From assembly GCA_003707115.1 (NCBI GenBank), contig PPNB01000004.1:310001-374000 (forward strand): DNA of 64,000 bases, given 5' to 3'. The stretch comes from Tortispora ganteri. Lineage: Eukaryota. Of the stretch, positions 11,760 to 21,537 are shown in pieces (the stretch's first letter is position 1; every line of letters begins with the position of its first letter). The position numbers and the translations under genes are program-made. Below the pieces are notes generated by a model. It did not search any database, was not told where the DNA came from, and worked only from the letters and a program-made list of their open reading frames with translations.

Positions 11760-13016
11760 TTATGTTGACACTTCATGCATAATAGGTCTCTCGAATTGCG
11801 TGTTTTCAATGATGTGATTCATGTCCCATTCACTGTTTATCTGACGAGGAACCGCGGCTCCAGGCAAGGCTAAAGATGGAACGGTTTCCTCGAACGGCGG
11901 AGGTGAAATAAAATCAGGGCAATTATCAGAGTCCAGAGCATATGGTGGAGGAGAAATAGGAACATTCTCATACGTAGGTGGTACTTCCTCGAGCCAACTG
12001 ATGCCCAAGCCAGGCATCTCCGACACCACTGCTTTAAATTGCATACGTAGAATGCGGGCAGCACCAGTAAGCACAGTTGTACGCGAATTGACTTGCGGAA
12101 GTTCTTCAACAACTACCAGTTCGATAACCAGAGAATGGTTTACTGATAATCCAATTTTTGACTCTACCACGTCTGAGGCGTGTGCACCAAGCATTAGAGT
12201 TCGGAGATCGCCGCTAAATTCAATGCGCCCATCTTCACAGTCTTTATCGACTTTCCAGCCGTCTTTGAATTCACCGGCACAAACCGTAGACGATTCCTTA
12301 ATTAAAACGCCTTTTCCATAGCCGCCTACTCTAGGGGCGTGTGCGGAGCATGCAGGAGAGATAAACTGAGAGTGTTCCTCGAGAGACCAGATGATCTTCT
12401 TGAGTTTCCAATTAGAATTTCTCGGTTTGTCTTTCGTACCGTCAATCCTAAGCCCCAGGTTGAATTGTGACTGAGGGAATATGATAGTAGGGATGGTTAC
12501 ATCTGCAATGAGAGATGTAGAGGGAAAAACACGTCTCGCTGTGCGTGTAGTTCCTCCAATCATAGCTCGACTAATGGATACTTCACGAGCAAATCTTAGC
12601 GGGCTATACGTTGTAGAAGCTGGTACGACGACTGCTTCTAAAATATAGCTGATTGAGCATAGAGCTACATTGCAGGTGGCGGGAGTATTACCTGCAATGA
12701 GGTACGAGAAAGGGTATTCATGACGACCTACTCTGATATTGCTCCGCGATCCAATAAGGTCCCATGATTTAATAACGGTACTTCTGCAGCGGCAATTTTC
12801 GCAGCTTGCGACAACAGACCGCTTGGTTTTAATCTTCTGAACAAGTTGCAGTCGTACAGAAGTCATGTCTATACCCTTAGGCTCGTTGACTTTAAGGTTG
12901 AGTAAACCTGAAAGAATTGATCCAGAAGAATCTTTAGGATCTCCATAGAGAACCAAAGGCGGTGATTCAATGACCACTGAAAGTTCGAAAGGAGGTTGCT
13001 TGTTAATTGATGGCAT
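11760..13016 (-). CDS. LDB19: Alpha-arrestin, Ldb19/Art1-like
   Basis: IESPPLVLYG...SSGSILSG, YPFSYLI.G..PAT and TGAARILRMQF...GLGISWLEEVPPTY, plus PPPY. Confidence 0.85.
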   Translation of the reverse strand: MPSINKQPPFELSVVIESPPLVLYGDPKDSSGSILSGLLNLKVNEPKGIDMTSVRLQLVQKIKTKRSVVASCENCRCRSTVIKSWDLIGSRSNIRVGRHEYPFSYLIAGNTPATCNVALCSISYILEAVVVPASTTYSPLRFAREVSISRAMIGGTTRTARRVFPSTSLIADVTIPTIIFPQSQFNLGLRIDGTKDKPRNSNWKLKKIIWSLEEHSQFISPACSAHAPRVGGYGKGVLIKESSTVCAGEFKDGWKVDKDCEDGRIEFSGDLRTLMLGAHASDVVESKIGLSVNHSLVIELVVVEELPQVNSRTTVLTGAARILRMQFKAVVSEMPGLGISWLEEVPPTYENVPISPPPYALDSDNCPDFISPPPFEETVPSLALPGAAVPRQINSEWDMNHIIENTQFERPIMHEVST

Positions 13017-14333
13017 TATGTAAAGTATGCATGCAAATTTTGAGATGAAAAGGATATGAAAGATGTGGTTTCAATAGGGTGTAGAGAGTTTCGTATATAT
13101 GTTCTTTGCGCGGAAAGAAAAAAAATGTGAAAAAGCTCTGCTTGAAGAGGTTCAATCTAGCTCGAAAGAATTCTTTCTTTACTGCTAACTTCTAAGAGAT
13201 GTTCAATTCACTTGATATATTTGGAAAAATGAAACTAATACTTAAGGGGAAAAAAAGAGGGCGGAACAGGGAATGAGGGACTATATATAGTTCAAGGAAA
13301 TTGTCCCCCGTGGATGCCCTAATTCAATATAAAAAGCTTAAAATAACGACTTAGACACGTTTTTGAAGCCTTATTGGGCTAGGCCTTGAGTCATTTGCTA
13401 TAATAAGGTTTTGTCGGTCGAGAAGGTAAAACATGTTAGCTCTGACAATATCTATTAAATCTCTTTTTAAATCAGGCTGATAGAGCTCTAATAAACACAT
13501 GTATGCTCTGAAAAAACCCTGAAATAACCGTAATTTAACTATTACAGTATAAATAATGAAAATGTGATGGTGAAATCAATAAGCCTGCAGTCGGCTTATA
13601 AAAATGACATTGACATAATTAGCAAGGTGGGAAGTTTCAAAAGTTAAAAAATTGCAGGACTCATATGACTCAGCCGTTTTATGTTTATTGGGCGTCCGTT
13701 AGCTTAGCATCTCTGCTCTTTAAAGTTATTGTTAGCTGACGTGAAGAGGGGTGGGGGGTATTTTTCATAACCCCGGGTATCTCCGAAGAGTTCATTGTTC
13801 CTACTCTACGGCCTCTATCAGGCGTTATTCGGCTAAACTGCTTAGCTATAAGATTTAGCGATCAGTCGATTATTATCGCGTAATCTTCATTGCGCATTCT
13901 CAACCGCATAAACTCCCGCAACTAGAACCTTGCTGGTACAAATGTCAAAGACCCGGATTACGACCCCATGTGCCGCATCCCACAGTTTCCCATCCCACCT
14001 TCACTAACATCTTTCAAGCACGCAACTTTTACAGTTCTTCCCTCCCCTCTACATCTTCCCCCCATAAAATAAACACTTTCTGAGCTGAATCGATCGCGTG
14101 CCAATTTCTTTTTTGCCAAGATACTTTACCAGTATATTTCTTTGCCGCCGTTTCGCTTGGCGTACCCCTCATTGTTTCCTCGGTGCAGAATCTCCCGCTT
14201 CTATTCATCATCAATTCCGGTTAAGGGTTAAGGGTTCCATGGATTTCGTTCACTTTCGTTTGTGAAAGTCCTACTTCCACCATTATAGGCTACAGCTCAC
14301 AGTCGAAATCTAATATTGACATATAACAAACTA

Positions 14334-15320
14334 ATGGTAAGCATATTTGCTCAAAGAAAGCGGTTTTTTATAGGCGGTATCTAATTAATTTTGTTTCGCA
14401 TTGTATTTTCCTAGGATGCTTTCGGTAATGCGTCAATGAAGACCTAATCCTCTGAACACACTGTCGATCGTACTCCGCGGAATCTCCATTACCACTTCCC
14501 CGCTCAAGCGCAGTTTTTCGTGCAGTTTAACCTTCTGCTCGCACACTAATTATCTGCAATACTAACTTTATTAACGCAGGCTCGTAAATTCTTTGTCGGA
14601 GGAAACTTCAAATGCAATGGCTCTTTGGCCTCTATCAAGACCATAGTCGACGGTCTGAACCAAGCTACTCTCCCTAGCGATGTTGATGTCGTGATTGCTC
14701 CTCCTGCTCCTTATCTCCATTGGGCTAAGGAGCACGTCACTGGCAATATTGCGATTGCTGCGCAGAATATCTATGATAAAGAATCTGGCGCCTACACGGG
14801 TGAAATATCTGTAGGCCAAATTAAAGATGTTGGTGCGACATGGGTTATCCTCGGACACAGCGAACGTCGCACGCTCCTCTCTGAAAGCGACGAATTCGTT
14901 GCTTCTAAGACCAAGTTCGCTTTAGACAACGGTGTTTCCGTAATTTTGTGCATTGGCGAGACCAAGGAAGAGCGCGAAGCCGGTAAAACTCTTGAAGTTT
15001 GCAATCGCGAGCTCGACGCAGTAGTGGCAGTCGTTAAGGATTGGTCTAACATTGTAATTGCTTATGAACCAATCTGGGCCATTGGCACTGGTCTTGCTTC
15101 TACTCCTGAAGACGCTCAGGAGACACACAAAGGCATTCGTGAACACCTTGCTAAGGTTCTCTCTCCTGAACAGAGCGAGGCCATCCGCATCCTCTATGGC
15201 GGATCAGTGAATGGCAAAAACGCTACTTCTTTTAAGGATTGCCCCGATATTGACGGATTCCTTGTAGGTGGAGCCTCTTTGAAACCCGAGTTTGTTGATA
15301 TTATCAAATCCAGGTCTTAA
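14334..15320 (+). CDS. TPI1: Triosephosphate isomerase, 247 aa; exons 14334-14336 (ATG) and 14580-15320
   Basis: ATG|GTAAGC donor, TACTAAC branch point and GCAG acceptor. Splicing gives [12 protein letters not shown]. Also [24 protein letters not shown] and [10 protein letters not shown]. Confidence 0.97.
14337..14579 (+). other. Spliceosomal intron of TPI1 (243 nt, directly after ATG)
   Basis: GTAAGC...TACTAAC...CAG. Removal restores the conserved N-terminus in frame. Confidence 0.93.
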
Positions 15321-15451
15321 ACGCACTATTCTAAGCTAATTTATCAAAATGAGATAAATGTGTGTGTGTGTACTAAGATCCACACTAAAAACATACATAC
15401 AAATATCATTAGACTAGAACCTCCATCGTAGTTTTAGTATATACAGACTGT

Positions 15452-16870
15452 TTAGCGACCAACACCATAACGTTTCAATGTAGCCATAACATTTCCGAAT
15501 CTGTCAGGATTGTCGGACTGAATGACAACTGTAGGTTTACCTGAATTTTTCGAAGCATTACCCTGTAGAACACGCTGAGCAACTCGTCTAACATCAGCAG
15601 TTGTCACAGATTGGATCCTGTCTGACATTTCAGCGTCACCTATCTGCGTTCCATAAACCTGTACTTGTCTTCCAAGGTCCTCCAAGGTGACCATACGAGA
15701 CTCCAAGTTCATGAGGACACTACTGCGGAGCTGATTCTTGGCTCTATTAACCTCGACGTCGGTTAAAGCGCCTCTGGCTCTAGACATTGTAAGAAATAGT
15801 TCTCTTCCAAGGACTTCAGCCATGTATGGAGCGGCCTTGGGTATACATGAGGATGCTATACCAAAGAGGCCGGTATCTGAGTACGAGTGGTTAAAAGACT
15901 GGCACGACTCGATAAATCCATATTGATTTAGCACATGGGTATACATCCGAGAGTACATTCCTTTTCCTGGTCCGCCGGCGGAAAAAGAGCCGCCGCCTCC
16001 GAGGAGCGTTTGCAAAACAGCGAGAGCGTACATATCAGGATCGCCTGCAGGAAGGCCTTCGACGGCAATATGAAGATGATCAAAGACAGGAAGACCACCA
16101 ATTGGAGGAGTGGCAGGTAGGTTTATAAGACCACCAGTATATATAGCGGGGTCTCTATGAACTTGAGTAGAAGCTGGCTTCATTTGACCAAAGTGTTTCT
16201 GGGCCAGTTCCAGCGCATGCTGTTTGGGCACACCAATGATTCCGACAACAATGCGGTCGGACGTGTAAAACTTTCTTCGAAATTCTAATGCCTTTTTAAC
16301 GGACATTCCTGCAAGCGCATCAGGTGGACATAGTAAAGGATAGCCTAATGTATTGTCCTTGTAAGCAGTCATATGAACCCATTCGGGCAGAATGAGTTCA
16401 GGTTTTAAACTTATCTCAGACACTTCGTACTCTATAGTCGATTTTTGTGTTTCTATTTCTTCTTGTGTTATTCTTGGATCAACGATGGTATCTGCAAGTA
16501 AGCTGAACATTTCGTCTGTTCCTGGTCCAAATACGGCAGCTTGATACATGATAGATTCGCGAGCGGCAGCACACATGTAATTACCACCAAGAGAATCAAG
16601 TTGCTCCTGCATTTGAATGGCATCAATTTTGCTAGATCCTTTAAAGGCTAGTCTATCCATCATGTGCGACATGCCAGTGAATCCTAAGTCTGGTTTCTCG
16701 TAGCGCGACCCGGCATCGACGAAAACTCCAAGAGCAGAGAAGTGTGCAGATGACGATTCGTCAATAGCAACCCTCACACCATTTTGTAACTTTTCCAGAG
16801 AGAACGTAGGATTACTTAAAGACTTTGCTGAGTATTTTCTAATATTCAATAACCGATTAAATCTCTTCAT
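15452..16870 (-). CDS. MAS2: Mitochondrial processing peptidase alpha subunit
   Basis: M16 fold with HMMDRLAFK and the glycine loop LLGGGGSFSAGGPGKGMYSR. The likely ATG at 16870 begins an Arg-rich presequence (MKRFNRLLNIRKYS). Confidence 0.95.
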   Translation of the reverse strand: MKRFNRLLNIRKYSAKSLSNPTFSLEKLQNGVRVAIDESSSAHFSALGVFVDAGSRYEKPDLGFTGMSHMMDRLAFKGSSKIDAIQMQEQLDSLGGNYMCAAARESIMYQAAVFGPGTDEMFSLLADTIVDPRITQEEIETQKSTIEYEVSEISLKPELILPEWVHMTAYKDNTLGYPLLCPPDALAGMSVKKALEFRRKFYTSDRIVVGIIGVPKQHALELAQKHFGQMKPASTQVHRDPAIYTGGLINLPATPPIGGLPVFDHLHIAVEGLPAGDPDMYALAVLQTLLGGGGSFSAGGPGKGMYSRMYTHVLNQYGFIESCQSFNHSYSDTGLFGIASSCIPKAAPYMAEVLGRELFLTMSRARGALTDVEVNRAKNQLRSSVLMNLESRMVTLEDLGRQVQVYGTQIGDAEMSDRIQSVTTADVRRVAQRVLQGNASKNSGKPTVVIQSDNPDRFGNVMATLKRYGVGR

Positions 16871-17087
16871 CGCCGATCTGAACGTTCTCTGCGGTTCCAG
16901 ATGGTTTGTTCGTCCGGGCTCCGGGGAAATATCTGCAAAAATCATCAGACAAACCCTATTAATCAAGTTAGGGTAATACCAACGCGCTACTACAATAAAG
17001 TAACCTGAAGACAAACTTCAACCAAACTGTTCAACAAGATTTGGTCTTTGGTAGAGATAATCATTACTGTTTTACACAAGCAGAAAT

Positions 17088-17351
17088 ATGAATATCGCCG
17101 CAGATATAGTGGTCGATGTCGATGAAGATGAGCCAGAAGACTTGCCACCTCCTAGTCAGCAGATCGAGAAACCTACCTATACGTGTGCTATATGTCTTGA
17201 ACCTTACAATGATGCGATTTCAACGATTTGTGGTCATGTATTCTGTCGTGAATGTTTAGTTCCAGCATTAGCAAGCAAACTCAACTGTCCCATATGCAGA
17301 AAGAAGGTTGTGCCATCGTCCTGCATTCCACTTCAGTTCAAGTACAAATGA
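17088..17351 (+). CDS. Small C3HC4 RING-finger protein (87 aa), possible Slx8/RNF4-type E3
   Basis: CAIC...CGHVFCREC...CPIC RING motif. The N-terminal IVVDVDEDE resembles a SIM followed by an acidic patch. Confidence 0.8.
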   Translation: MNIAADIVVDVDEDEPEDLPPPSQQIEKPTYTCAICLEPYNDAISTICGHVFCRECLVPALASKLNCPICRKKVVPSSCIPLQFKYK

Positions 17352-17355
17352 ATGA

Positions 17356-18642
17356 TTAGTCCGAGAAGCCTTGCCATTCAGGTTCCGCACTGATATTTTT
17401 TCTAATAAATTTAGCTGCAAAGAATCCAATACCACCATCTGTTCCTCGTTCAACTCGGATCAACGATTCCGCCAAGGTGGGGTCCATATTGAATTCTTCA
17501 AATAGCTCTTTATTGCCCCTTCGACGCCATTCAGGCAGCGCTTCGTCTCTATTTGCCAGCGTCCAATTTTCTGCTATTTCCTCGTCTTTAAGGACTTCGC
17601 ATACCACTCCTTCGTTCTCCACGTCGTGATACGAGCAAGTCGAGTATACAACGCATTCAGCTTCCGGAAATGTTGTCAATGCATGCTTCAGAATTTTGCT
17701 TTGAAACGCTGCAAGTCTTATGAGTCGTTCTGGATCAAGCTCTGCTTTGTTTCCCCGTCCATAAATTCCGCTTCCACTGCATGAAGGGTCGACAATCAGT
17801 CCCTTGACATCGCGGTCTTCTTTTTGAGTAAGAAAGTCTTGAACTCGTGTCTCCACTAGTTGATCTGCACCGTGATGTTTCAGGTTATTCTGTAATATTT
17901 TAGCTCTATGCGAATCTTTTTCAAACGCTATAACCCTTCCTCCTAAATGAGCTAATTTGGAGGCAACGTGCGTAGTTTTATTACCTGGCGCTGCGCACGC
18001 ATCTACAACACACCAGCCGCTTTTGGGGTTTAGTAGTTCAGCTGGAAAACAACTAGCCCGGTCTTGTAAAATGATGTCTCCGTCTATGTAATGTTTGTTT
18101 TTTTTCAACACACTACCGTACTCCGGATTGACCCCATACAATCCATCAATATACTTATCCTTCATGATCTGTTTCGGTCCAGGAAAATGTTCAACTAACT
18201 CCAAGTTAGGAAACCATTTTAGTACTAGGTCACCCTGCACTTTGAGACGATTCAGTCTAAACCAACGCACCGGTGACATATCAGCTTCTGTATTGGAATT
18301 TTCGCCTACAACTTTGTCGTAGACATTTCGCAAACGAGTTTCGCACTTCAGAATCTCCTTTATGAAAAGCGGTGGCCGATTCTTGCTTGCCGATATACCT
18401 TTTCGATTAAATAACAAATCATACACAACAAGAACTGCAGCATCATTGTCCCCTTTGAATTTTAAAGATCCTACTTCTTTCAAAATAGCCTTCACTTGTT
18501 CCTCATGGTCCTTGTAACCTGCAAGTAACGCGTATAGTCGTCCGGGGCTAGATCGCAATGGCTTTTTCCTATTGTATACTTTCTGTTTAAGGCTAACGCC
18601 GGGTTCTTTTAGCACTCTAGCGGCCTCGACGTAGAGACTCAT
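17356..18642 (-). CDS. RCM1: 25S rRNA m5C methyltransferase (NSUN5 family)
   Basis: ILQDRASCFPA, DACAAPGNKTTH, VDPSCSGSG, VYSTCS...ENE.VV and GGIGFFA. Confidence 0.92.
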   Translation of the reverse strand: MSLYVEAARVLKEPGVSLKQKVYNRKKPLRSSPGRLYALLAGYKDHEEQVKAILKEVGSLKFKGDNDAAVLVVYDLLFNRKGISASKNRPPLFIKEILKCETRLRNVYDKVVGENSNTEADMSPVRWFRLNRLKVQGDLVLKWFPNLELVEHFPGPKQIMKDKYIDGLYGVNPEYGSVLKKNKHYIDGDIILQDRASCFPAELLNPKSGWCVVDACAAPGNKTTHVASKLAHLGGRVIAFEKDSHRAKILQNNLKHHGADQLVETRVQDFLTQKEDRDVKGLIVDPSCSGSGIYGRGNKAELDPERLIRLAAFQSKILKHALTTFPEAECVVYSTCSYHDVENEGVVCEVLKDEEIAENWTLANRDEALPEWRRRGNKELFEEFNMDPTLAESLIRVERGTDGGIGFFAAKFIRKNISAEPEWQGFSD

Positions 18643-19244
18643 TACAAGGTCATGGAGACGTCTTGTCGTTAAAGAAAATTCCGGTATATGCCTTTTTTTT
18701 AAGCTTTCTCGATGACTTTGTCTCGCAACCAGGGCTCAATTGCAGATATACTAGCACCAATGAGCCATAAATGTATTTCAAGAAATTCCGGTTAGCTTTT
18801 TAGCCGCATCTCTGGTAATATATGCGATACAGTATTTGCGGAGTATGGAAAGGGGTACGATAGGCCTTACGGTTCGAAGGGACCACCAGTTGAACGAGCA
18901 ACTGAATATAACAGCGATGAATAGAATTACACAGCATACAATACTCAGCGTATTTCCTAATAATGACTATTCTTCTGTATAAGACGTGCAGATCTGTTAT
19001 ATCAGCTATAATGACATTAAACAGCCTTTGAGAAGGGAAGCAAGTACTACGGCTGCTAGCATCAGCAGCTACAACGCTTACGCTTGCACCTGCAATTATA
19101 AAACATTGCAATATTCAGTCAGCTAATAATAATTAAATTATGTAGTCTACTACGCGCTATGAAATAATTGGTATGTTTTTCTAGCCAGACGATCTAGGCA
19201 TCATAGCCACTAACACAACCATTGGGAACTCAACGTTTGATCAG

Positions 19245-19943
19245 ATGTACCATCTCGCGAAGAGTGTGTACCTGAATTTGACGAAAACGGATGGTTAGTT
19301 GTTTTCTGAATGGGGGGTAGGGGTTTACGAATACTTAGCTAACAGCTAGAATACACAATATTGATATTAGGGCTCGACAATGCAGGAAAAACGGTAAGTG
19401 TTCTATAATCGGCATATACGCACTAGGCTAACTAACACGTAGACACTACTAGAACGTATTAAATCTGATTTTGGGAATAGCAGGATGCCGTCGGCTACTA
19501 TCCCTACTATTGGACAAAATGTGGCAAAGGTTACTGTGGACGGTATCAAATTAAAGCTGAGGGATGTGGGTGGCCAGGAAGCATTGCGGTCGATGTGGAT
19601 AAATCATTACTCTACATGTCACGGCATGGTTTTTGTTGTTGACTCTACTGATCAGGAAAGGATCCAAGAATGCATAAATGAGCTCATTTCTATAGCCGAT
19701 CATGAAGATCTAGAAGGCGTTCCAATTCTAATGCTGGCAAACAAGCAAGATCTCGACTCAAGTCTTGAAATCGAGCAGATAAAAGAGATTTTCAACCCCG
19801 TCGCTGCCCACCTCTCAGCGAGAGACTCAAGAGTTCTCCCGATCTCGGCCCTGACAGGCGAAGGCGTCACTGGTGCAGCTCAATGGATAGCCACTCGCGT
19901 TTTCAGAAACCGCGAATACAGACTTCCTAATAGAGTCAATTAA
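19245..19943 (+). CDS. ARL3: Arf-like GTPase Arl3/ARFRP1, 197 aa; exons 19245-19293, 19350-19393, 19443-19943
   Basis: Splicing out GTTAGT...GCTAAC...TAG (56 nt) and GTAAGT...ACTAAC...TAG (49 nt) gives MYHLAKSVYLNLTKTDEYTILILGLDNAGKTTLLERIK. Also PTIGQN, DVGGQ and NKQD. Confidence 0.92.
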
Positions 19944-20234
19944 TGGCATTTATTCTCCTTAACTTTCAGATCCTCTTCGTTTATTGTTTGTTTATAGCCT
20001 CTCGGCATTGTCCTTCTTAATACCGATAAACCGACCCGGGCCGATGCTAGCTTTGCCCGCTCCCAGTGCTCGGCAAAAAGTCTATGGTGTCCCACTTCCC
20101 CTTTTACTTACTATTTTTGCGGGGTATCTACTATTTAATATATTCAGCAGGTCTGAATCCTTATTCACGTTGTGTTTTTTGTGTTTGACTAAAAGACCGC
20201 TACTCGCTTTTAGAATTTCTATCACTCTTTGACA

Positions 20235-21449
20235 ATGTCGTTAGCCAGCTCCGTCAACGAACTTGTTCGGGATTGTGTCTCTTCAGACGGCGACAAGATC
20301 GCGGGATGCGCAGCCATGGTAGTTACCGTCGACAAAGTCCTTGCTTCTTCCTCTGCTGGAACTGCTGACACTGTTGGCTCAGAAAATAAACCTTTCACCG
20401 TTGATACGCCTGTGCGACTATTCTCCTGCTCTAAGCCGCTCACATGCTTTGCAGCGTTACAGCTTGTCGAACAAAGGAAACTTGAACTTCACACGCCTGC
20501 GAAGAAATATTTACCTGAAATCGGTGACATTCAGGTGCTGGAAGGCTTCGATAATTCAAGAAACCCGATATTACGTCCTCCTAAGACAGATATCACTTTG
20601 CACCATCTACTAACCCACACGTCTGGCTTCACTTACGGATTCAGCAACACTTATACTAACATGTACATGTTTGATGAAAAAGGAAAGTCTCGCTTCAAAA
20701 ATGGAACCAAGGCCTCTTATTGCACTCCACTTGCTGATGATCCAGGAAGCTCCTGGCAGTATGGCATCTCCATCGATTGGGTCGGTTTCATGATCGAACG
20801 TGTTACCGGTGAATCATTGGAAGTGTTCATCCGGGATAATATAACTGGCCCATTGGGTATGGACAGAACAACATTTTACCCCAATGGACAAATTCTAGCT
20901 GAGCAAGCTAAGCAGCATGTACGCAAACCTGACGGTTCTTTGTTTCCCCTTCCGCGGGACATAATTCCTGTGAAGCCTGAAGTGGTATCAGGTGGTGGAG
21001 GGTTGCTGAGCACAGTATCTGACTATATGAAGTTCTGCCGCATGCTTCTGAACAACGGAGTTGGGCCCAATGGGAAACGATTACTTGGAGAAACCCTGTT
21101 GAAGGAAGCTCTAAGCAATCAACTGCCATTGGGATGCTCTGCCATGGGTCTGGATGACATTGTGCCCGGTAAATACGTCAAGTTTACCAGACTGTCACCC
21201 GAATCGGTTAACCGATGGAGCTATCTGGGCATGTACAACCAAAACAAACTACTTACCGGTCGACCTGCTAAATCACTTTACTGGACAGGACTCCAAAATC
21301 TGTACTTCTGGGTCGATTTCGAAAATGGCCTTGCGGGAATGTGGGCTACTCAAATTCTTCCTATAAATGATCCAAAGTGTGCTAAAGCCTTTGAACGATT
21401 GGAAACAATGGTGTACAACAGCATCAAACAAACCAAATCTAATCTCTAA
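20235..21449 (+). CDS. Beta-lactamase-fold serine hydrolase/acyltransferase (class C, EstB/LovD-like)
   Basis: SxxK motif (SCSK), LLTHTSG, PGSSWQYG and GGGGLLST. The first ATG is at 20235. The protein ends SNL. Confidence 0.85.
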   Translation: MSLASSVNELVRDCVSSDGDKIAGCAAMVVTVDKVLASSSAGTADTVGSENKPFTVDTPVRLFSCSKPLTCFAALQLVEQRKLELHTPAKKYLPEIGDIQVLEGFDNSRNPILRPPKTDITLHHLLTHTSGFTYGFSNTYTNMYMFDEKGKSRFKNGTKASYCTPLADDPGSSWQYGISIDWVGFMIERVTGESLEVFIRDNITGPLGMDRTTFYPNGQILAEQAKQHVRKPDGSLFPLPRDIIPVKPEVVSGGGGLLSTVSDYMKFCRMLLNNGVGPNGKRLLGETLLKEALSNQLPLGCSAMGLDDIVPGKYVKFTRLSPESVNRWSYLGMYNQNKLLTGRPAKSLYWTGLQNLYFWVDFENGLAGMWATQILPINDPKCAKAFERLETMVYNSIKQTKSNL

Positions 21450-21537
21450 CTAGAAACGTAGGGAGGAAATACATTTTTCAATCAACAACCGTATGTATAT
21501 CTAATGATTTTATAGAATTCCAATTCGAGAAACAGGA

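Noticed and set aside
14410..14520. U14-like fragments (TTCCTAGGATG, CGCAGTTT) in the TPI1 intron
   Set aside because: The fragments are in the wrong order, with no adjacent box D and no box C.
15318..15345. In-frame S-K-L after the TPI1 stop (TAA ACG CAC TAT TCT AAG CTA), suggesting a readthrough PTS1
   Set aside because: SKL is followed by ATT rather than a stop, and the stop context is not the leaky TGA-CTA.
18860..18890. GGTTCGAA as a tRNA T-loop or B-box
   Set aside because: No cloverleaf or T-stem can be formed around it.
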